DNA from: Octopus sinensis
Lineage: Eukaryota
Length of the DNA: 64,000 bases
Assembly: GCF_006345805.1 (NCBI RefSeq)
Contig: NC_043000.1
Location: 143,096,001-143,160,000, forward strand
Reading direction: 5' to 3'
The notes beneath the pieces were generated by a model. It had not been told where the DNA came from. It searched no databases and saw only the letters and a program-made list of their open reading frames with translations. The position numbers were made by a program, and so were the translations under genes. This document shows, piece by piece, positions 53,334 through 64,000 of this stretch. The first letter of the stretch is position 1. Every line of letters begins with the position of its first letter.

Positions 53334-54890
53334 TATTCGGTTGTTTGGAAAATATTGTCTGATTTATCAAAAAGATTTTTTCAAATTCTATTCAGGATGT
53401 TATTTTTGTAGTGTTTTAGATCAAATTTTGCATACTTAACAACTGATGTGTACTCTTTAATAAATTTTTAATGATTTCTTTTAGAATATAATTTTGAATT
53501 GTAGAAATCCTTAATTCCAATCATGGTAAAAGAAGAAATGCATTTACTCGTTTTGCATGAATTTAAGTTTGGACATAATGTTTCCCAAAGAGCTGCCAAT
53601 AGGCGGCGAGCTGGCAGAAACGTTAGCGCGCCGGGCGAAATGCTTAGAGGTATTTCGTCTGTCGTTACGTTCTGAGTTCAAATTCCGCCGGGCGAAATGC
53701 TTAGAGGTATTTCATCTGTCGTTACGTTCTGAGTTCAAATTCCTCTTGGGGTCGATAAATAAAGTACCAGTTTCGCACTGGGGTCGATATAATCGACTTA
53801 ATGCGTTTGTCTGTCCTTGTTCGTCCCCTCTATGTTTAGCCCCTTGTGGGCAGTAAAGAAATATAAATATTAACAGAGCATGAAGTAAGTGTCCACTAGA
53901 GATTGGATGGTGTGACAGTGTTTTTAGAGACTCCATAGTGGTGATGAAAGCATTGAAGATCAAGAATATAGAGGATGCTCACCCAACCTTGATGATTAGC
54001 ATTTGGAAACAGTAGTTGAACAAACCCACAACAAAGTGTCAGAAAAATGTTTCATATGCTTGGTGTAAGCGTTTCAACAGTATCAGATCACATGAAGAAA
54101 ATTGGTAAAGTGAAAAACTCAGTAAATGAGTCCTACAAGATCTCAATGAAAATCAAAGACTTCGGCATTTTTAAGTGTGCTCAATGCTCTCTCTGTGAAA
54201 CTTTAATGACATATTTCTTGATCGAATAGGGACTTGTGATGAAAAATGGATCCTTTACGACAATTTTAAGCGATTGGATCAATGGCTTGATTGTGATGAA
54301 GCACTCAAACATTTCCCGAAACTAAAGTTGCATCAGCAGAAGATTATGATGACTGTCTGGAGGTCTGCTACTGGTGTCATCTATTACAGCTTTCTGGAAC
54401 CTAAAGAGAGCATTACATCAGAAGTTTATAATAAGCAACTGGAAGAAATGCATGTTCACTTGAGCAAAATGAGACCTGCGCTTGCTAACATACATAGTCC
54501 AATTCTGCCCAATGACAATGCTCAACTGCCTGTTTTCCAAGATGACACAGCAAAACCTCATAGATTTGGGATATGAGACTTTATCATATCTTCCATATTC
54601 TTCTGATCTTTCACCCACCGACTACCATATTTTCAAGCACCTAGACACGTTTTTAATTAAAAAAAAACCTTCTCTTCCAAAACTGTGGTTGAAACTGAAT
54701 TGAAGGATATCTTGGAATCAAAACGTTTGGATTTTTATCAAAGAAGCATAAATGACCTGTTAATCAATGAGAGATATGCATACCTGTTCAGAGATCATAT
54801 TTTGAATAATTAAATCTTTGAATGAGCTCAGTTTTCCAAGAATATGGGTGTATTTTTAAAATTGACTATTATTTTCCAAACAACCTGATA
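53334..54890 (+). mobile_element. Full-length mariner (DD34D-type) transposon, decayed, with SINE B insertion
   Basis: TIRs TATTCGGTTGTTTGGAAAATATTGTC / reverse complement TATCAGGTTGTTTGGAAAATAATAGTC with TA ends; ORF from 53523 MVKEEMHLLVLHEFKFGHN; motifs GTCDEKWILYDN, HQQKIMMTVW, DNA, YSSDLSPTDYHIFKHL; ~1.3 kb without the insert. Confidence 0.93.
53602..53862 (+). mobile_element. SINE family B with internal 57-bp tandem duplication
   Basis: CCGGGCGAAATGCTTAGAGG...GAGTTCAAATTCC repeated at 53631 and 53688. Confidence 0.9.
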
Positions 54891-54951
54891 TATTTCGTTT
54901 TGGGATTTGGTTTGAAAGATTCTTTATATGAGTTCGTGTGTTGAAGCATAT

Positions 54952-55148
54952 TCTGTTGTGTCTGGGGAAATTCCTTTTCTTTTGTGCCTTATAATGTAAC
55001 ACACTCACCGGTAAAGACTATTGAAAAGGTTGCAAGACGCAACGAAAATTTTAGGAAAGTAAAAATAAGAAATAAGTGGAAATTTTACCAATGAGTGTGT
55101 TACATTATAAGACACAAAAAGAAAATGACTCTCCCCAGACACAACAGA
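54952..55148. mobile_element. Hairpin MITE-like element (~65 bp arms)
   Basis: TCTGTTGTGTCTGGGG...TAATGTAACACACTCA mirrored at 55083-55148. Confidence 0.75.
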
Positions 55149-56281
55149 ACCTGATATATGTTAAATGATAGCTATATTTACTGTACCACTTAGTTTTACT
55201 GTGGTATTCTATATAATCAATTTTGCTTTTGTATGTGGCATCTCGACATACTTAGTAGCACAAGAATTTTGCCAACTTAATTTGGACAACAAACACGAAA
55301 TGTAAAAGTTGCTATGACCACTTTTAGATTCTCAAGATAGCAATATAATATACTTATTTAGTGCCTTCAGTAAACATAGATTCTTTGAGAGTTATGCTGT
55401 CAACCTAATTTCAACACCTGTTTGGAATAATTTTCATTTATATTAGCACAGCCATTGGGAAAAGCATGAATAACACAACTACAGCCCTCTATTCTCTTTA
55501 AAGAGATGTAATTACATATGCATGTATACAACTGATTACTAACAATCGAGAAGAAAATTATTTTCCTTATTTAAATTGTGTCTAAAATAAATAAATATTG
55601 TATATTAGATATTTTTGTTTATAATTTTATACTTAAATTTCACTCCAATTATTCTTGCTTTCTGTTCTCAACTAATCATGAAATGTTTTAATTTGTCTTT
55701 TAGAGTCTTCAATCATTTTCAAATTTTCTTAAATTTCAGTCAACAGAACTAAATGTTCTTCCACTCCACACTTTCCCCCACATTCACACTAGCTTCCACT
55801 TTCTCCAGCTAGAATTTAATCATTATCATTTAGATTACATCCATTTATCAAATGATCAAAATGTAATTCAAATTTCATCTCTAAATCTTTTTTCCAGTTA
55901 TGAGTGATATGTTGATGCGTTGGCTTTTTACTTTCAGAAATTTGCAGAAGATAACACACTCTCACTTAGGTTGCAATCGTCTGTCTGTTTAACGCAAAGG
56001 GAAAGTTACATAATGCATGTTGTTGTTGTAGTTATTTAGCCCTCGGCCAGTTTTGATTGAGCAGACTTATGATCAAAGGCATTGCAGCTAACACATTGTA
56101 TCTTTTTGTATATAAAGAGCTAAATTTTCTGATGTATCTTTCCTATGCATTTTAGACGGTTGGGTTGGTATTAGAAGGATTTGGCTACACGTCTTAAAAG
56201 GTAAAAGGACCACACAGAATGTGTTGTCTATGTTGTTTGTAAAATATTTTAGTGATGTTGCAGGACACAGAAAGGCGCACT

Positions 56282-56550
56282 ATCATCATCATCATCATCA
56301 TCGTTTAACGTCCATTTTTCCATGCTAGCATGGGTTGGACGGTTCAACTGGGGTCTGGGAAGCAAGAAGGCGGCGCCAGGCCCAGTCTGATCTGGCAGTG
56401 TTTCTACAGCTGGATGCCCTTCCTAACGCCAACCACTCTGTGAGTGTAGTGGGTGCTTTTTACGTGCCACCTGCACAGGTGCCAGACGAGGCTGGCAAAC
56501 AGCCACGATCGGATGGTGCTTTTTATGGGGGCCAAACGAGGCTGGCAACT
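56282..56550 (-). mobile_element. SINE family C
   Basis: (ATC)n tail followed by the reverse family C body. Confidence 0.85.
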
Positions 56551-56830
56551 ATAATTATAAAATACAGAATTTGTGTTCCATTATTGTGCTTTTCTAAAAT
56601 AATCTTACTGGAATAAAATGGCCACAACTGGGTCACTGATTGGGTATTCAAAAAAATTTTTCTTTACTGATAATGTTTTTTCTGGGATATTTTCCTTCGA
56701 TAATAATTTACAACATCTGATATAACTAAATTCTATTGCCTCCATATCTGAGGCAATGCTGTAGCTGCTCACACTCCTATTAAAACTACAAACTAAAAAA
56801 ATCTCATCTTATTAATTAATCAAGACTCAC

Positions 56831-56972
56831 TCATCAAAATGTTGCAACTTTGAAGTCTGGATCTCTGTTGTTTAAATCAATCTTTGCCTTTGTTAACAAC
56901 TGTTTCAAATTTGTCAACAATTGTTGTCATTAACTTCGAACAAATACTCAACTGGTAATTGAATGCTTGAGA
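56831..56972 (-). pseudogene. Exon-shaped segment with one in-frame TGA
   Basis: aatttccag acceptor, TGA|gtgagt donor; SQAFNYQLSICSKLMTTIVDKFETVVNKGKD*FKQQRSRLQSCNILM. Confidence 0.2.
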
Positions 56973-57382
56973 CTGGAAATTAAACCCTTCATTTTATAAC
57001 TTTGATAATACTCAAATTTGATTTCAAAATATTAAAAATAGTACACTTATGTGCATTATAGATCACTGAAAAAGGTACTACAAGCTCGGTTTCTGTTACA
57101 AGTTGTTGACATACTTGGAGTTTGATATACTAAATGTGTGTGTGTGTGGTGTGTAAATTGCTGAGCAAAGAAGAGCAAAAGAAGGAGGACAAACATTTAT
57201 ACTCAAATACCATAAGTGGATTTAAAAAGGGCTTTATTAAAGCTGAATAGATTTCACAAGCTGTTACTTAGAGTTTCATGTAACTGATTATCAAACAGTC
57301 ATTGCATAATTAGCTATGTGAAACTCTGAGCAATTCTCCGAAGTCTTTTCAGCTTCAATAAAATACAATATATATATATATA

Positions 57383-57649
57383 TATTATATTGAGGGTACT
57401 ACTATTCGTAGATACCACACGCTAAGAGGGACCAATGCGGTCAAAACTACTAAAATAAACAAAAATAAAATATTTTAGTAGTTTTGACCACATTAGTCCC
57501 TCTTAGTGTGTGGTATCTACGAATAGTAGTACCCTCAATATAATATAAATAAATATTTTCAAAGTGGAAAAATTTATGGATTTTTTCTCTTACGAGGTTT
57601 TTCACGCTAACTACTGATAATTTCTTTTAAAGATTTTATCCTCAATTGT
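57383..57649. mobile_element. Fold-back element (same family as 22266), ~75 bp arms and 13-nt loop
   Basis: 57383-57457 is the reverse complement of 57471-57545; same right-hand tail. Confidence 0.85.
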
Positions 57650-58615
57650 TAATTTACATATATATATATATAACTCATATATATATAAACTCAAACATAA
57701 TAGATATATACACACACACACACACAGTTTATACATTTAGGCTTTTGTGTGTGAGTGTGTGTTGAGATATTTTATTACCATTAAGTACCCCTTGTGTCGC
57801 TAGTCCCTCATGTCTCAATAATGAGAGCTTACATCTCACTCACATCTAGTAAATGGTTTATTGACTAGTAAAACAAATAACAGCTGGTAACAGCATCAGA
57901 AGCTCAAAACGTAAACATTCTCACACACAAACACACACACATACACATATGCACACATGATGGACTTTGTACAATTTCCATCTCCCAAATTCGGTTACAA
58001 GCATTGGTTGACCCAAGGCTATGGGGAAAGCAGAATGAGTATACTTTATAAATGCTTTGTTCTCTTAGGGTTTTGTTATATATTAGTGTTGGTGTTGGAG
58101 TGTACAAGTATTTGTATGAGTTTCTTGTCATGTTCATATATATGAATGTCATAGCAGTTTCCACTCTTACTTGCATCTGGTTACATGATGGGGTCAAGAA
58201 AGGAGCATTTATATTGGGGCACTAGAAATCATTTCACCAGTACTCTGTGGATATGATTAGAAGTAGAAGATTAGGAATCCAGAACCATTTTTCAGTAAAA
58301 GGAATATTGCTTTGTTTAGACTCCCTCTTCCATCACCTTTTCCATCCAGTGTAACTGAAACATCCTTCATCTTATGCAAAAACACCCACCACTACTACCA
58401 CCACCACTACACACATACACACGCAATCAATTATCACAAACACTTCAACCATTTTAATGAATTAATAAAAATGACATCAAAGTCAGTTACAGCAGCTTCC
58501 AAATTTTGGTAACTCCTTTACAGGGTGTTTACACTAAATCTAACAGTTGTATAGAATAAAAATAAAATAAAATATCCTATCCAAAAATACGAGGTTTTTG
58601 AAAAATCAACAAATA

Positions 58616-59017
58616 GGCACAGGAGTGGCTGTGTGGTAAGTAGCTGGCTAACCAACCACATAGTTCTGGTATCAGTTCCACTGCGTGGCATCTTGGGCAA
58701 GTGTCTTCTACTATAGCCTCGGGCCGACCAATGCCTTGTGAGTGGATTTGGTAGATGGAAACTGAAAGAAGTCTGTCGTATATATGTATATATATATATG
58801 TGTGTGTGTGTATATGTTTGTGTGTCTGTGTTTGTTCCCCCAACATCGCTTGACAACCGATGCTGGTGTGTTTACGTCCCCGTCACTTAGCGGTTCGGCA
58901 AAAGAGACCGATAGAATAAGTACTGGGCTTACAAAGAATAAGTCCCAGGGTCGATTTGCTCGATTAAAGGCGGTGCTCCAGCATGGCCGCAGTCAAATGA
59001 CTGAAACAAGTAAAAAA
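58616..59017 (+). mobile_element. SINE family A
   Basis: Full-length. Confidence 0.92.
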
Positions 59018-59039
59018 AAATATATATATATCTACTAGA

Positions 59040-59345
59040 TTATGGCTGGGAGATAACGATTTATAGAAATTAGCCGTCCTAAGCTTCCACCACATCCTCC
59101 AGACAGCTCCAGAACCAAATACATGCATTCTTTTCTGTGTCCCTGGTAAGATCTTCAAACACCCTCCTTGATCTTGATCACCAGCTCGGGCTTAGTTTTG
59201 AAGACAGAGCAGTTAGTCTTATTTAACTAAGGAATTACAATTGGAGGTATTAGGAGGCCAGAAATTGAGGCTTGTGAAGTCATAGAAATTCTCCAATAAT
59301 CACTTCTGACTCATTCTCGAGGTATGGTTAGAAGTCAAATCCCCC
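59040..59345 (-). mobile_element. Tc1/mariner (maT/DD37D-like) transposase 3' fragment
   Basis: HTSRMSQK*LLENFYDFTSLNFWPPNTSNCNSL resembles CHTS...WPPNSPD.NPLD; further C-terminal matches (KPELVIKIKE). Confidence 0.8.
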
Positions 59346-59442
59346 TGTCTGTGCCATGACTCACAGTCTTTACAGGGGTCACAGAGCCTTAAGCAGCAAT
59401 CATAATGTCAGCATTTTGATGCCTAGCACAGTTCATCATAAT

Positions 59443-59571
59443 TTAAGGAGCATTTTTCCAATATTCAGATGGCGTCCAGTCCTCCATATCAGCTAACATT
59501 TTCTCAACTATAACTGTAGTCTTATAGACACTTCAACACCATTGATTGTTCAATAATACATCAATTTGTTC
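59443..59571 (-). pseudogene. Exon-shaped segment with one in-frame TGA
   Basis: Strong acceptor tgtctcctgtttttag; EQIDVLLNNQWC*SVYKTTVIVEKMLADMEDWTPSEYWKNAP*. Confidence 0.25.
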
Positions 59572-59846
59572 CTAAAAACAGGAGACATAAAAAAAAGAAA
59601 ATCCAATATACTGTATATACTGTAGAAAGTTTACCCTTGTAAGTAGTGCTGAAATTCTGTTATACTGGACATACAGTGAACCTACTATTGTTCAGAATAT
59701 TGATATCAAAATCTTGGGTTGAGGAATAATTCATGAACGTTTTTTTTTTTTTGCTCAATTGTAAAAATGCATGCAGAAATAAAATGCATTGGCAAAATGT
59801 TTTATGTTATTTGAAAGAGAAATTTTTGCTCTACAAGATAAGGTGC

Positions 59847-60258
59847 TTTACTCTCTTTTACTCTTTTACTTGTTTCAGTCATTTGACTGCGGCCTTTAAT
59901 CGAGCAACTCGACCCCGGGACTTCTTCTTTTGTAAGCCCAGTACTTATTCTATCAGTCTCTTTTGCCGAACCGCTAAGTAACGGGGACATAAACACACCA
60001 GCATTGGTTGTCAAGCAATGCTAGGGGGACAAACACAGACACACAAACACACACACACACGCATATATATATATATATATATATACATATATACGACGGG
60101 CTTCTTTCAGTTTCTGTCTACCAAATCCACTCACAAGGTTTTGGTTGGCCCGAGGCTATAGTAGAAGACACTTGCCCAAGGTGCCACGCAGTCGGATTGA
60201 ACCCAGAACCATGTGGTTGGTAAAGAAGCTACTTACCACACAGCCACTCCTGCGCCTA
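59847..60258 (-). mobile_element. SINE family A
   Basis: Full-length with a small internal deletion. Confidence 0.9.
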
Positions 60259-60368
60259 TTGATTTTTTTACTTTTATTGATTTTTTACTTTTATTGAATT
60301 TTGTGTATTTTCAGATCGTTAAAATGGAATGTCAAGTGGAAAAAGCCGAGCATTTTCGACATCTTCTC

Positions 60369-60409
<41 letters not shown>

Positions 60410-61239
60410 ATATATGTATATACACACACACAAATGTTCCACACTTCTGTTTATTATAATTACCATTTCCTGTTTTACAATTCTGCCCGTATTTCATTAC
60501 TGCACTCTTATTGATAATTAATTAGCAACCAATGAAAATATATTGGCAGTTAAATATTGTGTATGAATATCCCAGTAATAGTTGGTTTAATTATTTACAA
60601 ATGTGCAATGCATGTTCAACTTAATTGTTACATTCCTGATATTGAGCAATCAAATTCATAATGCAATGCCTGAATCTAGGAATTCACTCATATCCTGTTA
60701 GTAAACACTCTTCCTTTTGTGGTCATTAGAGATGTGAACTGCAGGAGTAATAGCAGCATGTAATGCAATAATTATATTAGCTGTTTATGATCAATCAATA
60801 TACTTTTACTATGCATGCTTGAACGTGGAGCATACATACATTCATACATTAACACACGCATATATGTATGTATACATGAATAAACACATATGACTACATA
60901 CACATATCTACAAGCATATATAGGGAGAGTTTATATATATATATTATTATACTTTATATCATTTGTTTCTATGTTTGTCTCTCCCTCTCTCTTCTCTTTT
61001 TCTCCCTAGTTCCCTCTCTGTTTCATGTGGGATAGACTATGTATCTTCTCAATAGGAAAAGCTAGTTTCTGTATCTCTATCATATTCAAAACTCATCACT
61101 CGGTTCAAAGCCACCTTCCTCAATACTTCTCCCCCAACCTTAGTTTTGATGTCCTGTCTTCTGAACCAACTGATGACCTTATTGATGCTGGTGCTAAAAA
61201 GCACCTAATACACTCTATAAAGCAATTGACATTCAAATT

Positions 61240-61705
61240 TAATGACTGGCACTCGTGCCAGTGGAGCACTAAGAGCGCCATCCGAGTGTGATCATTGCCA
61301 GAGCAGCAGACTGGCTTCCGTGCCGGTGGCACATAAAAAGCACCATCCAAACATGATCATTACCAGCATCGCCTTACTGGCACTTGTCCTGGTGGTACGT
61401 GAAAGAAATTTGAACGTGGTGATTGCCAGTGCTGCAGGACTGGCTCCTGTGCAGGTGACTCGTAAAAAGCACCATCTGAGTGTGGCCATTGCCAGTACCA
61501 CCTGACTGGCCCGTATGCCTGGGGCACGTAAAAGCACCCACCACTCTCGAAGTGGTTGGCATTAGGAAGGGAATCCAGCTGTAGAAACTCTGCCAGATCA
61601 TATTGGAGTCATGGTGCAGCCATATGGTTTGCCAGTCCTCAGTGAAATCGTCCAACTCATACTAGCATGGAAAGCGGATGTTAAACAATGATGATGATGA
61701 TGATT
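61240..61705 (+). mobile_element. SINE family C preceded by a ~60-bp internal tandem array
   Basis: About 5 diverged units (GTGCC.GTGGCAC.TAAAAAGCACCATC.GAGTGTG.TCATTGCCAG) run into the family C body. Confidence 0.8.
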
Positions 61706-61744
61706 AGGGAGTGTATCTAGATGTTCCAGCTGTAGAAACCATAC

Positions 61745-61960
61745 CAAAGTGGAAGTGTGTGGCTTACTGTTTAGGGCATGGACTCATAATTGTAAGATTG
61801 TGGTTTCGATTCCTGGACTAGGTGACACATTGTGTTCTTGACCAAAACATTTCATTTAACATTGCTCCTGTCCACTCAGCTGGAAAATGAGTAATCCTGT
61901 GATGGACTTGCATCCCATTCAGGTATGGAATATATATGCCATGAAATCAGGAAACCAGCC
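61745..61960 (+). mobile_element. SINE family G
   Basis: GGTTTCGATTCC B box; TTGTGTTCTTGACCAAAACATTTCATTT core. Confidence 0.7.
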
Positions 61961-62251
61961 CTTGTGTGCTGGTATGACTTAAGAAGGTAACTTTTCCTTT
62001 ACTGTGCCAAAGGAGACAGTGGAGCTTGGCACTGTCTTCTGACTTGCTAGCTCCTGAAAAATTATCCAACTCATGGTATAATAGAAAATAGACATTACAT
62101 GTTTGTGTTGACAACTTATATATATATAACGGCGGTGCATCAGCATGGCCGCAGCTCTGAGCTGAAACTAGAAAAAAAAAAAATGTGTGTGTGTGTGTGC
62201 ATATATGTGTGCATATATATGCGTGCATGTACATACATATATATATATATA

Positions 62252-62468
62252 ATCAGAAGGCTGCACCAGACTCCAATCTGATCTAGCAAGGTTTCTACAG
62301 CTGGATTCCATTCCTAACATCAACCACTCTGAAGGTGTAGTGGGTGCTTTAACGTGCCACCAGCACGTGGTCCAGTCAAGCAGTACTGGCATTGACAATG
62401 CTCAAATGGTGCTTTTTATGTGCCACCTGCACAGGAGCCAGTCAGACTGCATTGGCAATGATCACTGT
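62252..62468 (-). mobile_element. SINE family C with array units
   Basis: Reverse family C body. Confidence 0.75.
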
Positions 62469-62579
62469 ATATATATGTATATATATATATAGGGAGAGTT
62501 TACGAAAAAAATAAAAGACGAAGACAGGTGGTATACAAAACAAACAGATGTATTAGTATAACGCTCAGGAATAGAAAAT

Positions 62580-62618
62580 GTCTTTTACGTTTCAAGCCTA
62601 TGCTCTTCTACAGAAAGG
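62580..62618 (-). ncRNA. Degenerate minimal hammerhead ribozyme motif in a TA-flanked relic element (62490-62675)
   Basis: CTTT-CTGTAGA-A-GAGC-ATAG-GCTT-GAAA-CGT-A-AAAG. Confidence 0.55.
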
Positions 62619-62669
62619 TACACAGAAGAAACAAGGAGAGAAAAAAAATGTGTGTAGTGGCTAATGATC

Positions 62670-62719
<50 letters not shown>

Positions 62720-63425
62720 AATATAATATTTCTAAGCAAACCAGAAATATATCATTATGATATGTTATTATACAGTTATCATTATGCTACAAGTCTTCTA
62801 TAGTAGCTTTCTCTCTGTAACTTACAAAGCCTTTCTGGTTTGTTTGCTAATATTAAAAGTAGTATTAGACAGTTTAAGTATATATTCATTAAATTTGGCT
62901 GAAACTAATAGGTGAGTATTTGGCTGAAACTAATAGGTGAGTATGGGCAAGGAGCTATGTTAGCATTGATTTGTAGGTTCGATTCTGGCTAGGGTTAGCT
63001 CAACCATTTTGTAGTCATTTGTTTGTACTTAAAAACTGTTGCTTCAGATCAGAGAATACACATTATTATGATATATTATTGTACAGTTACATACATATAT
63101 ATATATATATATATATAATATATATATATATTATATAATATATATATATATATATATTTTTTTTTGTCACAAGGTTTTTGTCCTTGTGTAGCTCATCCTG
63201 TAATTGTTTTTCGTTTTCTTGTTTTTCGTTTTCTTGTTTTTCGTTTTCCGTTTTCTTGTTTTTTGTTTTTTGTTTTTTCCGTTTCTACGTCTTATTGTGA
63301 TGTCCTGTACTCCTGTATAATTATTTATATATGCATGTATATATACATGTAGATGTAGGTACGTACATATATGTTTGTATGTATGCATATTTTTATTTAT
63401 CTCCTATATATATATATATATAATA

Positions 63426-63457
<32 letters not shown>

Positions 63458-63495
63458 TATACATATATATATGTATATATATATATATGTATATT

Positions 63496-63540
<45 letters not shown>

Positions 63541-63633
63541 ATCCAAACAAGAAAGCACAAAAAAACACAACAACGCAAGGACGTGGAACAAATATAGTAT
63601 TATTGGACGCTCAGGAGAGAAGGAAAGAAGGAG

Positions 63634-63670
63634 GGTTTAACACTTCGCGCGGAGCTCTTCATCGGAAACA
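63634..63670 (-). ncRNA. Degenerate minimal hammerhead ribozyme motif in a second TA-flanked relic element (63537-63755)
   Basis: GTTT-CCGATGA-A-GAGC-TCC-GCGC-GAAG-TGT-T-AAAC. Confidence 0.5.
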
Positions 63671-64000
63671 TAGGAGAAGGAAAGATCCAGAGAAGGGAAG
63701 ACAGAGGAAAAAAAATCGCCAACGGTACACACAAGGTCACATTTTGAAAGACATAAATATATTTATATATATAATATATATATATATGTATGTATGTAAT
63801 TGTACAATAATGTATCATAAAATATGTATTCTCCAATTTGAAGCAATAATTTTTAAATATATATATATAGCTCTCTCTCTATACACACACATATATAGAT
63901 ATATATATATATACATACAGAAATACGCAAATATAGACACAGACACACACATGTGTGTGAATCACCAATAATAGATTCAATGCAGCTTCTGCTTGCACAT

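Noticed and set aside
59380-59571. Selenoprotein reading (Cys-UGA) with a downstream SECIS
   Set aside because: No selenoprotein motif recognised; the ATGA...AAAA...TGAT stretch downstream needs several bulges to pair and is not a credible SECIS.

Overview
AT-rich eukaryotic genomic DNA, very likely an octopus (coleoid cephalopod). The species call rests on my recognition of the SINE families and is not a database result. No prokaryote-style genes, rRNA, true tRNA genes or CRISPR arrays are present. Most of the window is intronic or intergenic repeat: at least five tRNA-derived SINE-like families, TTAA-flanked piggyBac-type MITEs and microsatellites. Larger fossils include a complete TIR-bounded mariner, a pogo/Tigger, a maT-like mariner fragment, RTE and CR1-type LINE ends, a non-autonomous Helitron and a fragmented Penelope-like (PLE) ORF. 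Almost all listed ORFs are repeat artefacts. Other signals: (i) a CpG-decayed histone H4 pseudogene split by a LINE tail; (ii) a tentative chain of short + strand exons at 0.9-14 kb encoding an unidentified protein; (iii) minus-strand exon-shaped islands, several with in-frame stops; (iv) minimal hammerhead-ribozyme relics with covarying helix I in two TA-targeted repeat families; (v) several hairpins and inverted SINE pairs. Repeat boundaries are approximate.
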